A model generated the notes under the pieces. That model had not been told where the DNA came from. It saw only the letters and a list, made by a program, of their open reading frames with translations, and searched no databases. DNA of 64,000 nucleotides from the human T2T-CHM13v2.0 reference genome, Homo sapiens, in assembly GCF_009914755.1 (NCBI RefSeq), contig NC_060927.1. The stretch is one strand, 5' to 3'. Numbering within the stretch: position 1 is the first letter of the stretch; each line of letters starts with the position of its first letter. This document shows, piece by piece, positions 1 to 13,571 of this stretch. The position numbers were made by a program, and so were the translations under genes.

Positions 1-1582
1 AACAAGCTGAAGAAAGCTATATTCAGTTTTTTAGTGGAACATTGTAAAGCCACACCTTGTAAAAAATTAAAAAGCCTGATATTGAGATCCAAGTACTTCT
101 TCTGCAGTGTGCAACTAGACCAGGAAGGCAGGGACCAGTTCTAGTTCCCCCACTTATGTCCACAGAAATTAGAAAATTACCTGACATATAGCAATAAGTT
201 TGAAAATATTTAATGAATGATTGTGTGAATGAATAAACTTTTATTAACTCATTGGGGTAATAGAACTCTCAGACCCTAACAGTTCGTTTGTACATTTCAG
301 AAACTGTGATTCCTAATTTGTTTAGTGACTTTATTCATGGAAACGGCACCACTTTGAGGGGCAGATACAAATTTTAATCTTAGTTTTGTGATTTACTATG
401 TGGCCTTCATGTTCTGAGTTATCTGTGAAATGAAGTTACACTACTCAGTTTTTCAGAAACACTGCCATCTCAAATAAATTATCATCGAAAACTTGTTCTC
501 TTTCCTCTGCCTTTGATTATGTCAATCTATTAATTTTTGAAAGCCAGAAGCCTTAACAGTGCTAGAAAATATGTATTCCAGAAAAATCAAGGACAACAAG
601 GAGCATTCATTTGAATAAGCATGCTAGACATGGATGTCATTCTTAACCTAGGGCAGCCTAAGTATTTAGACTACAATTTTAGTTTATACCCCCAAGATAT
701 TTCTTTCAAATAAAGGGAGGACCTTACGTACTTTTAAACTTAGTTTTAGAAAATATCAATATTTTATTGTAGCATTTTCATTTTGCCAAAATATGACTTC
801 AAGGGCCTTAGTCCATTTCTGACCTTTAACTACAATAGCACTTTTTATTTATCATCTTAGTATAAGAGTAAACATTTTTTATAGTAGAACATGTGGATAC
901 TGGAGAAAAGTCCAAAGAAGAAAGTATGTTTTATTCTCTCTCTATTCTTGCTCTGTTGATAATTGTGAGGGTCAAATATTCCCATAAAAACTGATCTCTA
1001 TTTCTGGAATAGAATAATGTGATTACTGTTATTATGCGGGTTATGAAAGTCAAGTTATATGTGGGCACAGAAGAAAGAGCAATTAATTTTAAGCCCCTGA
1101 ATACAGAATACCATGTGTGTCAATATCCCCTGTAAATTGGCCAGTTCCTTAAAAATGGAGTCTGTACTTTATTCTCTCTATAGTCTGAATACCCAATTCA
1201 TTGCTTAGTACATAGCAGGTGCTTATTATTCAATATCACATAGAGACACAGATAATGCTCTCTGTTCCTCCTTTAGGGAGTAAAGTCTGAAATTATAACC
1301 TCATGTCTTTGCACAGAAGTTCTCTGTGTGTTTACAAACACCTCTCCACATGAGTAGCCAATATAAACACAAATAAAATTCCCCTTGAACAAAATCAGTT
1401 CAGGGCCTCTTTGCACCGTACATTATAAAGCTCCCAATGGGCCTTCTGAGGTTTCCCTTGAAGAGGTCAACTAAAAAGCAGCCATGTCAGTCTTGCTGGC
1501 AGGAAATTAGCAGTTCTCAGCTCTTACAAGTTTGAAATTGTAACTGTTCCTCTTGGGTGTTTACCACTCTTCTGTCACCAAG

Positions 1583-1625
1583 GGAGTCCACTGTTGTTAC
1601 CAGCCCAATTAGGTCTATTGCAACA
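1583..1625 (+). CDS. Possible 43-nt coding exon, (x)ESTVVTSPIRSIAT, upstream of the 5417 exon
   Basis: Pyrimidine tract cactcttctgtcaccaAG (AG 1581-1582) and donor aca|GTAAGT at 1626. Open frame ends in phase 0, matching the phase-0 start of the 5417 exon. Confidence 0.3.
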
Positions 1626-1869
1626 GTAAGTGAGGAGAAACAGCCTCTTGAAATGTCCCTGCTTGGCCAGAATGTTAGGAAAAGCTTCCTGATGGAGGAA
1701 TAGGATGACACCCAACACTGATGGAGGGTGTGCAGCAATGTTCTGCATTAGTGCCTACAGGAATATAGAGTTTTCATTTGCAACTTTTGTGATGAGCATA
1801 CAGTTTGTAAAGCACAATGTAGATACTGGAGAAATAATGCATATAAACAGAGGAGGAAGACATACACAT

Positions 1870-2105
1870 TTCAGTGCCACATGTGGACTAGGTACTGTGC
1901 TAGGCACTTTACTTTCTCAAACTTATTAATCTCCCATAGATGTTCATGGAGTGGTGTTATTTCCACTTTACAGATCAGGAAACAAAGGCACAAAGGTGAA
2001 TGGCTCTCCTGAAGTCACATAGTTTAGTGTGAGTAAGTCAGGGCTTAAATCCAGGTTGGCCTGCTACCAAAAATGTATACGCTTGACCACTAGCCTATAC
2101 TGCCT
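1870..2105 (-). mobile_element. MIR SINE
   Basis: Reverse-strand MIR core: ccactttacagatcaggaaacaaaggcaca...gtcacatag...gggcttaaatccagg. Confidence 0.75.
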
Positions 2106-3379
2106 TCACAAATGTAAATTAATTAAAAGTATTTCTGATTATATGGAGGCTTTTATGTAAAGGTCTCAGGTCTTTAATGCTCACAATGATTCTGTGACTT
2201 AGGTGGTCCTGTCCCCATTCTACAAACAAAAAACTAAAGCACAAAGACACAAAGTCACTTGTTCACAATCATTCGACCTTCCAGTTTTGGAGCTTAGGTC
2301 TGTGTGGGGCCAAAGACATTCAGTCCTCTGCCTTTGAGAACCTCATCATTGAGGCAAATGTAAACATATACAAAGGAATTTGTAAGTTCTTATGTAAGAC
2401 CCACTCACTCATTGAGAGTAAAATTTTATGGAAGAGACTACAAAATCAAGAATGCAGCAGCCTCTAAGGGCTCTCTGTGCTATAGGGCATTTCTCCTGCT
2501 TAGACATTTTCTTAAGGGACAGGGAGAGGCTTTTTATTGAGGGTTGCCCAGTGAGAGCTTCTTCCAGTAGGCACAGCCATGATAAGAGTAGAAGATAAGA
2601 CTTTAAGCTCCCAAGAGGCCTCTTTTTCAAGATTCAGAAAAGGCACAAAGCAGGACTAGTTTAAGCACATCAGTAAAATTGAAAATAGCAGGGCTCAAGC
2701 TGCAGAGTGACTGTGGAGTTTGCTGGGGAAGAGCTTTTGATGTTTGTTTCTTGCCCAACTGAGCGCTTTTGAGTCAACAATCCTTTCTTATAAGGGCATA
2801 ATACTCAAAACTGGCCCCAGAGGAAATAAGAAAGAGCCAAAGGTAATGCTATGGACTGATCCACTTTCCAATGGAAAGCCAACCTTCTTTCTTTCCACTT
2901 CACAGCTTTAATTCCTAAATTTCTGGGCCTTATGGCAAAAAGGGAGGGGGAAAACTGGATGAAATTTATTCAATTCTACAGGCATTTATTGAGTTTCTAC
3001 TATGGAGTTAATATGAAGATTAAATCCTTGAACTTCATTACTTAGTTGATAAGATAAAACATACACAGGCCAGAAAATCTCAGGTGTGTTGGAAAGTACT
3101 TCTTTATACTCCCCAAATAATTTTTTTTTGGCATTGTTTTTTGCTGAGACATGATGGAAGACTTTTGGAGAAGGAAACACTTGAGCATTTGATCAGAGTT
3201 CAAAGACTGTAGGACCTGGAGAATTACAAATAAAAGAGTAAGGTTTATAGGGTGGTTCTAGAATAGACAAAGAAAAGAAAAACAAAAGCAAAAATGCAAA
3301 TAAAATTTAAAATGTACATTCAAAGAGAGTATATTAAAATAAGGTGATAATAGGACAGGAAATTATATTTACTTTTCCT

Positions 3380-3905
3380 TAGCACTTTGTTCCAAGAATT
3401 GTTGTTTTTCACATGCATTCTCTCATTTAATACTCACAACATTCCCATGAGGCAGTTATTATTATTTCCATTTTACTGAGAAGGACAGTGAAGCCCAGCA
3501 TGATGAATAACTTGCCCAACTTGCACAATAAGTAGCAGAGTCAGCATTTAAACTCAGTCTTATTACAAAGTCCTAATGTTTAGCCACCTATAGTATACTG
3601 CTTCAATAAGCATGGCAGCTGGAATATTGGCCAATAATGAAAAATGATGCTGAAAATTTAATTGCAATTATTGTAACTGTCACTTGTGTCTAATGAGTAT
3701 TTTCAGTGCAAAGGTACTAGGCAAATTATTTTTATTTAACTCAATCCCTACAACAGTTGTGTAAGTATTATTAATCTCATTTTAAGATGAGTGAACTGAA
3801 AGAGTGGCCACCTTGATGAAAAGATATTAAGAAAGCAGAGAACCTGAGCTTTGAACTAGTATCAGTGACCTCAACCTGAACTCTTAACCATTACAATGTA
3901 TGGCT
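3380..3905 (-). mobile_element. Two tandem MIR copies (~3380-3602 and ~3690-3905)
   Basis: ctcatttaatactcacaac...ccattttactgagaaggacagtgaagcccag...aacttgcccaa; second copy ctcattttaagatgagtgaactgaaag. Confidence 0.7.
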
Positions 3906-5416
3906 TCTCAAGACTGGGATCAGACAATAAAGAGCCTTGAAGGCTAAGCCAGGAAATTTGCATTTATCCTGTAGCCAACGGGGAAACACTGAAAGTTTGT
4001 GAGCTGGGAGGTGACATGGCTTGATTTGGGCTTTTGGAGGATTAATCTGGAATCAGCATAAGATAGATTATAGAATGGAAAATCAGAACAGAGGGACCAA
4101 TTATGGGACTACTGCACCAGTCCATGTAAGACGACTTATCCAGTGAGATGTGTGGTCCAGGTGAGTGGTCTTGAAAGCCCAATATAGACTACTAAGAGGA
4201 GAGAAAGGAAATATATAGTATTGGGTTTATAAATTACAAGAGTCCTCTTTGGTGCTTTGAAATCTGGATCTCCTACTAGAAAGGGAAGCTGCCTGCAGTG
4301 GAATCTGCTCACCAGGCAGCAAGTTGAGCTAGCTATTTAGTATGGAGAGGACCTGGAGCTGTGATTACCAGACACTGGGTTGCAGCTGCAGCCACCCAGA
4401 ATTAGCCTGGCCAGATGGTGACGGGTAACTGACTGTTCTACACGGACCTCAGGAGAGAGCACAACAAATACCACAAGCAAGAGGCACATGTTTTCCTATG
4501 AACATATCAGAAAATTTTCTTTGAGAGTTTCTGATTCTCTCAAGGCATTTTTCCCTCATAATGCCTCAGTTACACTAACTCAGGTTGAGAATGGTGAAGA
4601 ATGCTTTATAAAAATCAGAGTTGTTTTTTAATGAGGCCATCTGGTGAGCCTTCTGCATTTATATCCTCTTCTCCCAACAGGTTAGAAGCTGAAAAATTCT
4701 CTGCTAGTATAGTATTAGTAGAAATTATTTATAGTATGGCAGAACAGCCACTGTAATTACAACTTAATTCTTAGGTGACAAGAGACAGAACGTTAATTAG
4801 ATCTTGCAGATAATAGTAATGACCATTCACATGTACCAAGCATTTGCTCACATGTAATAGGTATGAATTCTTAGCATCACTCACTTGGGGTACACAAGAA
4901 ACATAATTTTCATTAGTTTCTTTAATAAAATAATTTGAACCTACAACCTACCTAGTGGTCAGAACATCATCTACACACTCTCAGGAAAGGTCCGATGCAG
5001 CATGTGTTAGTCACTCAGGTACAAAATGTAATCATATTCACCTTCTCCAATTTATTCCCCCTTTCTACCCAGGAAAGATCCTAAGCCCAGGATCTTACTG
5101 AGGTGCCAACCTGGTGACAGTAGGGAGTGGCTAGCTGGTTCTCCATCTGGACCTGGCAGGGCCCCTGCTGGCCTCCTACACTCAGTGTAAATTCATTTAG
5201 TCAGATTTCAACACACTCCAAATGGAGACTGAGCAAATTCCCAGTTTGGATTTGTCCCCATTTGACTCCTGGCTTAGGTAACCTTGGAAAGTAATGTCTG
5301 TCCTCCCATCATTCTCGGTGGAAACTGTCCATCCACACAGCTGACATCTGACACAGAGCTCCTTGTCCCCACAACTGGACCCTGTGCAAGCCCATGCATC
5401 TTTCCTTCTCAACTAG

Positions 5417-5650
5417 CTTTCACTTCCTGCTGAAGATAGGGAAGCTTTGGGTACCTCATCTCCACAACACTCTGGGGCTCTAGGAGACGTGGGCTATAAA
5501 AGTGGATTCATTCTGTCTCCACATCCCTGCATGTCCAAGATAGAACCAGAAGATGAGAAATTGTCATTTTTATTCATTGGTCCATTTCTGAAGAACCCCA
5601 GTCCCAGAGCAAATGGTGACCCCATGTTTCTCTGCTTGAATGAGGATGAG
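5417..5650 (+). CDS. Probable internal coding exon, 78 codons: LSLPAEDREALGTSSPQHSGALGDVGYKSGFILSPHPCMSKIEPEDEKLSFLFIGPFLKNPSPRANGDPMFLCLNEDE; gene not recognised
   Basis: Acceptor catctttccttctcaactAG (5415-5416) and donor GAG|GTGGGA (5651). The 234 nt are a multiple of 3 and open throughout, and the frame is closed by the acceptor TAG immediately upstream. Sequence is non-repetitive. Overlaps ORF 5447-5662. Confidence 0.6.
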
Positions 5651-6299
5651 GTGGGAGAATAAAAGAAGAAATTGGTTGACAATTCAAGTTTGCCATACCC
5701 ACACACATGATCTTATTTGATCTTCACAGCACCTCTTGGTAGCAGGAATGATGACTTTATTGATGAGAAAAATGAGGCTTAGAAAAGTTAAGGGACATGT
5801 TAAAGATCCCATTGAAGTCAATGGCAGTGTAGGAGTGTGGACATATCTGCCTGATTGTGGAGGATGAGCTCTTAACCAACACCCAACAGACAGCAGAGGC
5901 TGAAGCTGGCCTACAGGACCTCACTTAGTATTCATTTCTCAGGTTATATATAAGGGATTGTGTGTGAATCAAAATACCTTACAATAAGTCTACTTTATTC
6001 TTCCATCACCAGCTGTTAGGGACAATAATGAAGCCATGTCTGCATTGGGAAGGTCTCCTTCGTAACAAATAGGATTATACTGAGATTGCAATGGGCATCA
6101 CCATTCCTTATATATAAAAAGGAACTCCAGAGGGCCACTGGTTGGAATCATACTTTGTTCATTCCAGATCACTGAGTGTCCAGTCTTATCTAGAAGCCCA
6201 GAAGCCAGATGCTGGTCCTTGGTCTTCTATCTTCTCATAGTGATGGCCTGAAATCAGTGTCTTCTGCATTATTTATCAGTTTCTCTCTCTGTTAAATAG

Positions 6300-6366
6300 C
6301 AGCACCAAGAAAGGGAGTTGTGATTGCTGGTAACTTTGAAATCTTCAAAAGAAAGCCAAGTTCCTG
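6300..6366 (+). CDS. Possible stop-containing exon: QHQEREL* (TGA 6321-6323) followed by UTR
   Basis: Acceptor tttctctctctgttaaatAG (6298-6299; NAGNAG tagcag) and donor ctg|GTAAGA (6367). Phase-0 continuation of the 5417 exon. Confidence 0.35.
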
Positions 6367-6774
6367 GTAAGAATCAGACTTAGTAACTCATGGAAGTAAT
6401 TGAAGGGTTGTGCTTGTACTCTTTCTAATTAAGTTTACATTGGGCAAATTTTAAGAAGTGTAATTTGGAAATGTTCTTAATTTCAATGGCCATCAGATTC
6501 ATTTCCATGTTCCTAAATTTTACCAAAGCCAATAATAATACTTTCTCAATCCATTAAAAGACTACTTTCCTCATAGAAAAAAAAAAATGAACCACTGACA
6601 CTTTACTTTTAGATTTCCTGTTTCATTTTGTTAGTGACTAGATATATATTAATTACTAACTATGTAAAAGTTGCAATCATTAGTGCAAATTGGGAGGGGA
6701 AATAGTTATTGGCAATGAAGGAAGTGTAAAGTAGAATGGAGATAAATATATACATTATAAAAGAAAATGTGATC

Positions 6775-7510
6775 CCACCAAAATAACCCAAATGAAAAGG
6801 ACAATACCAAGTGACAGCAAGGATATAGAACAACTAGAACTTTTTTACACTGTTGGTAGGAGTGTAAATTGATATAACTTTGGATAACCTCAGCAGTACC
6901 TACTAAAGTGGGTATATGTATATGTTGAAATGAAATGTACATATATGTTATCATGTATATGTGGTACATGTAATACCTATTTATGTATTGTGTATGTGTG
7001 TTTATATCTAGCTATATGTATTATAAATGTATTATGTCCAAACAATTCCATTCTTAGGTATGTTTCCCAAAAGACACAAATAAGTGTGTTCATAACAGAA
7101 TTTATAAAGCCACAAATGCTTATCAGTAGCATGATGAACAAATACATTTTGGTATATTTATGCATTTGACTTACAGTGATGAGAATGGACAAACTATGAG
7201 TTTACACAACATGAATGAATTTCACCCAAAAAAACTGAGCAAAAGAAACTAGATACAAAAGACAGTACAATATATAATTCAATTTGTGTTCAAAAATATT
7301 TTTAAAAAACACATTGTGGTATTAGAAGTTAGGACAGTAGCTAACTTTTGGTGGTTAGAGGTTAAGGAAGGGGCTTCTGGGGTTCCAATAATATATTATT
7401 TCTTGATCTAGGGATTGAGTAATAGGTGTGTTCACCCTCTGAAAATTCATTGAGCTGTTTTACACTTTTCTGCATGTATGTAATATATCAAGAAATTCAC
7501 CTTAAAAAAG
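6775..7510 (+). mobile_element. Old L1ME-type 3' fragment
   Basis: aaaaggacaataccaagtg...aggatatagaacaactagaact...gtgtaaattg...aacaattccattcttaggta...aaaattcattgagctg motifs of L1M 3' ends. Confidence 0.7.
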
Positions 7511-8794
7511 GCAATGTGTGAAAAGGATCAGGAGAGGCACAGATGGAAAAAGCAGGACAAAGTAAATATTGTTAGCAAATTAATTGGGCATAAATTGCAA
7601 AATATTATTTAAATGAGGAATGCCACATATGCTGAATTTAAAATACATTTTAGTGTCCCCATGATTAGGTTTTAACATGACTTTTAAGAAATTCTACAAA
7701 TCTCACATCTACCACAAGACCAGTTATATAATTCAAGATGCTCAGTACTAAGCCATTAAAAAAAATTCAACACACTCTCAGAAAAACTGTGATATTCACA
7801 AAATGAGAGTGCCTTCTCAGGTTTCCCTTTATCCTCAGGTTGCAAAAGCTCAGAGCCTCATCTCCCTTTCTGGGAATGTCCAGAATCTTGTATTCAGGCT
7901 GCACATTTCCCCACAATTAGGTGACCTGTTTAGCATTGCTAGCCTGAGTCAGTCCATTTCATATCAAATGAGACTGGTCTATATTTAAAAGAAGGAATTC
8001 ATAATGTACCAGTGTGATCTAGGAGTTTAATCACTGGGTTGAGTGCTCCAGGCCCCAGTTCCCCTAACATGCCTGTCTCCCTGGCTTTGACTCACAATCA
8101 TGTGTTTTGTAAATGCACAAGGCAATGAACATAAAAGCAAAATTGCTGGTGACTAAGAATAGTAGCCAGCAGCCCTGGGAAGAATGCAGTGCTCTGGGGC
8201 TTAGGAGGAGAGCTGTGGATGCCTGGACACTGTGGACCTGAAAAATAAACATCCAATTGGAGAGTTGATGTGACCTCAGAGGAACCTGGGGGCCACAGCT
8301 CTGAATTCCCCAGAGCTGGTACTTGAATCTACTATGGCTAAATAAACTTGCCACATTTATTGGTGGCTTCTGTTTAAACACGAGTATTACAGTGGTGGCT
8401 TTATTTTCTTCTACCTTTTATTGATTATAATGTCCATGAGAGGTCAGGACCTGTTTTCTCAAATTGACCGCCACATCTCCAGCAGTTATTGAAAAAGCTG
8501 TACACTAGTCATCGCACAATATGTTTATTTGAATTATTTGAATACAATCTATAAGTCAAATCTAGCCTGAGAGTTATCTCAGCTATCACAGTTCTAAAAA
8601 TAGGAGCAGTCTCCTAGTTCTTAGGTGGTATAAAAGTAATAACTATTATCAACGAGCCAAGAAAAACACACTTTCTCTCCACGTAAACAAATGAAAGAAT
8701 TTGACTATTCAGCAAACTGCCTCTCAAGTGACAACATGGCATTGTTTAAATATTAAAAATAATATTTATGTTTAATACATTATTTTATTATGAG

Positions 8795-9010
8795 AGTTTA
8801 TTATGTATCAGTCACAAAGCTGGTCACTTAACCTACATTATAGTTTAATTATCACAGCAATTTAATGGGGTAGCTACTCTTCTTAGCCCTATTTTACGGG
8901 TGGGAAAACTGAGACACAGAGAGGTAACTACCCCAAAGTGGCACAGCTGTTTAGTGGTTGAGCCAGGATTTGAACCCGGAATCTAAATCTAGTCCTTTAA
9001 CCAACCTGCA
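8795..9010 (-). mobile_element. MIR SINE
   Basis: cctattttacgggtgggaaaactgagacacagagagg...gagccaggatttgaacccgg. Confidence 0.8.
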
Positions 9011-10199
9011 ATGCAAACCCTCACCCAAGACATCACAACACAGCAATTAAAATTGGAGAAAATGGAATGAGTTTGTTCCTAATCCAGTTAATTTCCCTGA
9101 ATTAGAGAAAATCTCAAAATGTAATGTAATACATTTCTTGAGGAGAGGACTATGCTCTCTGATGACTAGTAATGTTGGCCATACGTCTTAAGACTATTTT
9201 TACACCTGCATCCTGAGGCAATTGAAAGAGTCCCCTTCAACTCACGAATGTGTCTCTGGGTAATAAATCATATGGCTACCCTATGAACACATTTGCCTTT
9301 TCCAGAAATGTCAAAACTTTCTCAAGTAAAGCTAGAATAGAGACTAATTCGAGGATGAGATCAATTTTTTCATCTAACCCAGGACTCAAGACTAGAAATT
9401 CGCTGTCCAGGTACCTCTGGGTTTTACCCACAAAGGGGTCCTTTGCTTGGCCTAGCAGCTGCCTCTCTTATCTGCCCCTTATTAAAGGAGGAAAGTAAAT
9501 ATCACAGCACAGTGTTCTGATATCAGGTTGTGTACAGGAGAGCATGTAACCCCTTGTTCCCAGGGTCTGGACATCCCTGCAGGTATTTTAGCATCAACTC
9601 GGGCTGGCTGGGCTGAGAGCAACTTGTTTTCTGGCTTATGTAGGCTCACCTGTGCCTGGTGTCAAGAAGCTCAGTGACTCTTTCTGGACTCAGAAGTGCC
9701 TCTCAGCCCTCAGGAGCCTTTTCTCCAGCAAATGTACCCTATGGAAAAGTAGTCCTTGATCCAATCAGTTATTTGTTGACTGGACTGGGTCAGTTTCCTC
9801 TAGGTTCTACTGGTGCATTCTTCTGGAATACATGACTTCAAGGACAGACCTCTACATGTGAGTTTTCTAATTGTAAGTGTCAAAAGCTTTACTCAAACTT
9901 GCTTAAGGAAAATAACACTACCACCAAGAGAACTTTAAAATGTATGTTCAAATTCCTACTCAATCTGTGGCTGGATCAAGTATTTTAAATGATGTAATTG
10001 GGGATCTACCTTTCTGTCTCCCCTCTTTTTTTTATTTATAGAAAGAGTCTCACCTCATGCAGCCACGGGTTCAAGTTTAAGTGATTCTTCCTGCTTGAGA
10101 CCCCAGAAAGAGAGAGACTATTTCTCTCTCAGTGTGCATCTCAGTCCTTAAATAAAAGCTCTGACCAAAGTAGGGATAAAAAGAGGAGATGATAAACAC

Positions 10200-10400
10200 T
10201 TATAAAATATTCTTATATACTGGTCACAATTTAATACTTTATAAGTTTTAATTCCTTTAATCTATGTATGAGCCCTATAAAAGAGGAATTATTATTATTG
10301 TTACTATTATTATTTCTGTTTTACAGATAAGAAAGTTGAGGTCCAGAGAGATTAAGTGACTTGTCCAAGGTTGTATAACTTGCAGTTGAAGAGCTAGCTA
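10200..10400 (-). mobile_element. MIR SINE
   Basis: ttttacagataagaaagttgaggtccagagagattaagtgacttgtccaaggt. Confidence 0.75.
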
Positions 10401-10635
10401 TGGGAGTCTAGGAATGGAACAGATGCTCTTGATGATCCACCTCATTATAGAATCGTGTAATGAATAGCCCCATTAGATAAGGAAGAAAAGTTTCTACGAT
10501 GAAACTGTCTGTTCAGACAAAAAAAATTAACAGTAAGAGAGACCTACTAATCTTATCCTCTAGACCTAGTTCACACTTGTACAGGTAACTGAACTCTGAT
10601 TCTTCATCATCATTGTAAGGAAGGTATTGGCCTAG

Positions 10636-10840
10636 ATGAGGGTCAGAAAATACACAGCACATATATCATTACCACCACTATGACCACACTGTGCCTAGGA
10701 CAGACATCACTAATTGATCATTGCATTATGTGTCCCTTAAATCTAGATGAAGCCTCAGGATTCTTCCCAACACACTGATCCAGGCAACCTTAAAACTGAA
10801 CAGAGTTTACAGGTGAAAATGAAACCTATTGCCGTTCTAG
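10636..10840 (+). mobile_element. MER112-like hAT-Charlie DNA transposon fossil
   Basis: cagacatcactaattgatca...gcctcaggattcttcccaacac...gaaacctattgcc match the recalled MER112 consensus. Confidence 0.55.
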
Positions 10841-12405
10841 GATTAAAGGATCTCTCAACATACTTCTGGGACTATCATTTCAGAATTCTTCTAAGGCAGC
10901 CACAAATAAATGCCTTTTAGATAATAAAGCATAACCACAGGAGTTTATTAGATGCTCATGAGCAAGTGCAGTCTTTAGAATTCTTCAAGAATCCTCTTGT
11001 CTGTGTCCCAATTCATCCTGCTAAACCATTTGGTTTGTTCTGTTCCTTTTCCTCTAATAATAACAAAAGGAAGAGTAGTAATATACCATAACCCTCTCTT
11101 CTTAAATGCTCACGTATCTTTATACTAACGCTTTGAAGCTCATTCCACCAAGACCACTCTGAAAGGCCAGTAGTCTAGAAGGGGCTTGGGCTTAAATATA
11201 AGTCCATGCTAACACTTTTACTTGAGGAACTTAAAAAAATTATTTACAGGATGTGAACCTGCTATTAGCAGCCCAGTAGTAAGAACCTGCTGTTAGTACA
11301 CTCTCCCACTTTCTTTATGAGGAAATTGAAACTGAGAGAGGTTCAGAAACTTTTCTAAAGTCACACAGAATTGGACCGTGGACCTCAGACTTCTCACAAC
11401 AAATCAACAAATATCTACTGAGTTTTAATGTGCCAGGCTGTGTGCCAGGAGCTGAGGTTTGGAAGAGGCATAAGTTGATATGCCTCTTCTGGCATTTACT
11501 TTCTAGTAGGCTAGATGGGAAAAATTGAAAATGATGGGATTAAAAACAGTTGCTTTATGAATCCCAAAGTTGTCTTCGACTGGTAGGCAGTTCTTGAGGG
11601 GCAATGCTTCCATCTTTTCTGAGGCATGTTCCTTTCAAAACATGCTGAGCATATAGATCTGGAACAAACATTTCAGAAGAAGACCTATAGTGTGGAGGAT
11701 GCCTGAGTTTTATAATTGGACTTTATGAAGTCACATGCTCCTTTCTGCCTCAGAAACTTCAGGCTGTAGTTCCCTGGGCTTGGCTTTCTCTTCTTCACCC
11801 CTCTTTACTCCCTACCCTAGCTCACCCTGTGTGTTCAGATCCAACCTCCCTTGCACAGGAAAGTGTTCCCTGACTGTGCTCTGCCACCCTCCATCCTCAG
11901 GTTTGATCCCTTTACCCTTGCATGGCTTTGTACAGCTCACTTGTTTATACTTCGGAAGTAACTGATCAATTAATGACTGCGTCTCACATCAGAATGTAAG
12001 TTCCATGAGGGCCAAAATATATCTGCCCTATCTGCCCTTTCTCCTATTGCATCCTTAGACTTTAGGTCAGTACTTTGCACAGACTACTTACTCAGTATAT
12101 TTATGGAAGAAAGGAAGGAGGGAAGAAAGGGAGAGAAGAGAGAAGGTATGGGTGGATGGGTTTTAACCTTAATAATAATGAAACATTTATTGAACACTTT
12201 TGATGTCTCAGGCTTCTTCGATCATTTGGTCTTAAGCACAACCCTGGAATATAGGTTCCATCATCCCTGTTTTATAAACAGTGAATTGAAGCCCAGAGTG
12301 GTTTAGTGACTTCCCCAAAGTCACCCAGCTATTTGGTGACGCATCAAGGATCTGAATTCAGTCTGTGTGACTGCAAGTTTCTTTTTAGTCTATATTATCC
12401 AAGAG

Positions 12406-12628
12406 CATGGTTAATCAATGTTGGCACAGTTGACATTTTGGGCTGCCTGGTCCCTTGGTTTGGAGGCTGCCCTGAGTTTGTGGGATGGCAGTGGCATCCC
12501 AGGCCCCTGCTCATAGATATCAGTAATACATCCCCCTGCCCCACCTCCGCCACCAGTTGGACAACCAAAAATGTCTCCAGATACTGTCTCCTAGGAGACA
12601 AAAATCATCACTGGCTGAGAACCACTGC
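12406..12628 (-). mobile_element. MER20 (hAT-Charlie)
   Basis: ggcacagttgacattttggg...acaaccaaaaatgtctccaga...ctgagaaccactg is the reverse complement of MER20. Confidence 0.85.
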
Positions 12629-13000
12629 CTTAGAATAATAAGTCATATCCTAAAAACAGCATATTAAAATGCAGACTTTCTCAAAAACAGGTTTTTTTTC
12701 TTAAATTTTGAGTTCATCTTAGCTTTCCTTTTCTGAATTCAAATTAAGAAAGCTTTTGAATCTGATGAACTCTTCATTGATTGCCCTCTATCTCCAGTTA
12801 GGCTTTTCAGAACCTTAATCAACAGTGAGTTCCTGCTGCTCACCACCTTCCACAACCCCTCCTGCTCCCTCTCTGGGGTCATCTCCCAGTGATCCTGTAA
12901 CTTTGAATCTAAAAAAAAAAAAAGCAAAGAGAAGAGCCCCAATTTCAAGGGAAGGAAAGGATAAAACCGATGGCTCAGATTTGAACAGGGGGAATTTCTT

Positions 13001-13292
13001 TCTGTTTTGAAACAGACCCTTGTTCTGTAACCTAGGCTGGAGTGCAGTGAAGTGATCACAGTTCACCGCACCCTCAACCTCCTGAGCTCAAGTGATCCTC
13101 CCATCTCAACCTCTCAAGTAGCTGGGACTATAGGCACACACCACCACGCTCAGCTTATTTTTTATTTTTTTGTAGAGATGGGAGTCTTCCTATGTTGCCC
13201 AGGCTGGTCTCAAACTCCTGGCTTCAAGCCATCCTCTCACCTTGGCTTTCCAAAGTGCTTGGATTACAGGTACGAGCCACTATTCCTGGCCC
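13001..13292 (-). mobile_element. AluJ
   Basis: Dimeric Alu with J-type ctcaagtgatcctccc and tatgttgcccagg; TSD ggaatttctt at 12991-13000 and 13294-13303. Confidence 0.92.
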
Positions 13293-13558
13293 AGGAATTT
13301 CTTATTTGCTACCAGGTTCTCCCTTTTTCATTCATAGCACCAGTCCAAAGAGTTTTAAAATTAAATCTGCAACCAAATTTTTTCCTTTCCATCTAATTTA
13401 TTTTTTATCCATTTGTATTAAAATAGGAAACAGCCTCTATGTCTATTCTCATTCAATGCAAAGGAAAATATATTAAAAGCCGAAATGTCTTACTAAGAGA
13501 GTTTCTAAACAAACTGTATTAAGAATGAAAAGATGGTCTATAGTAATAGAGAAATTGG

Positions 13559-13571
13559 TGACACCTGGTGG
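13559..13571 (-). promoter_or_regulatory. Candidate CTCF site
   Basis: Reverse complement reads CCACCAGGTGTCA, one mismatch to CCASYAGRKGGCR; unique sequence. Confidence 0.35.

Noticed and set aside
5417-5650. Assigning a gene symbol to the candidate exon
   Set aside because: I do not recognise the peptide with confidence; it needs a database search
5495-5663. TATAAAAG, ATG at 5531 and AATAAA at 5658 suggesting a tiny single-exon gene or first exon
   Set aside because: Better explained as the interior of a 234-nt exon with a good upstream acceptor; cannot be excluded without CAGE
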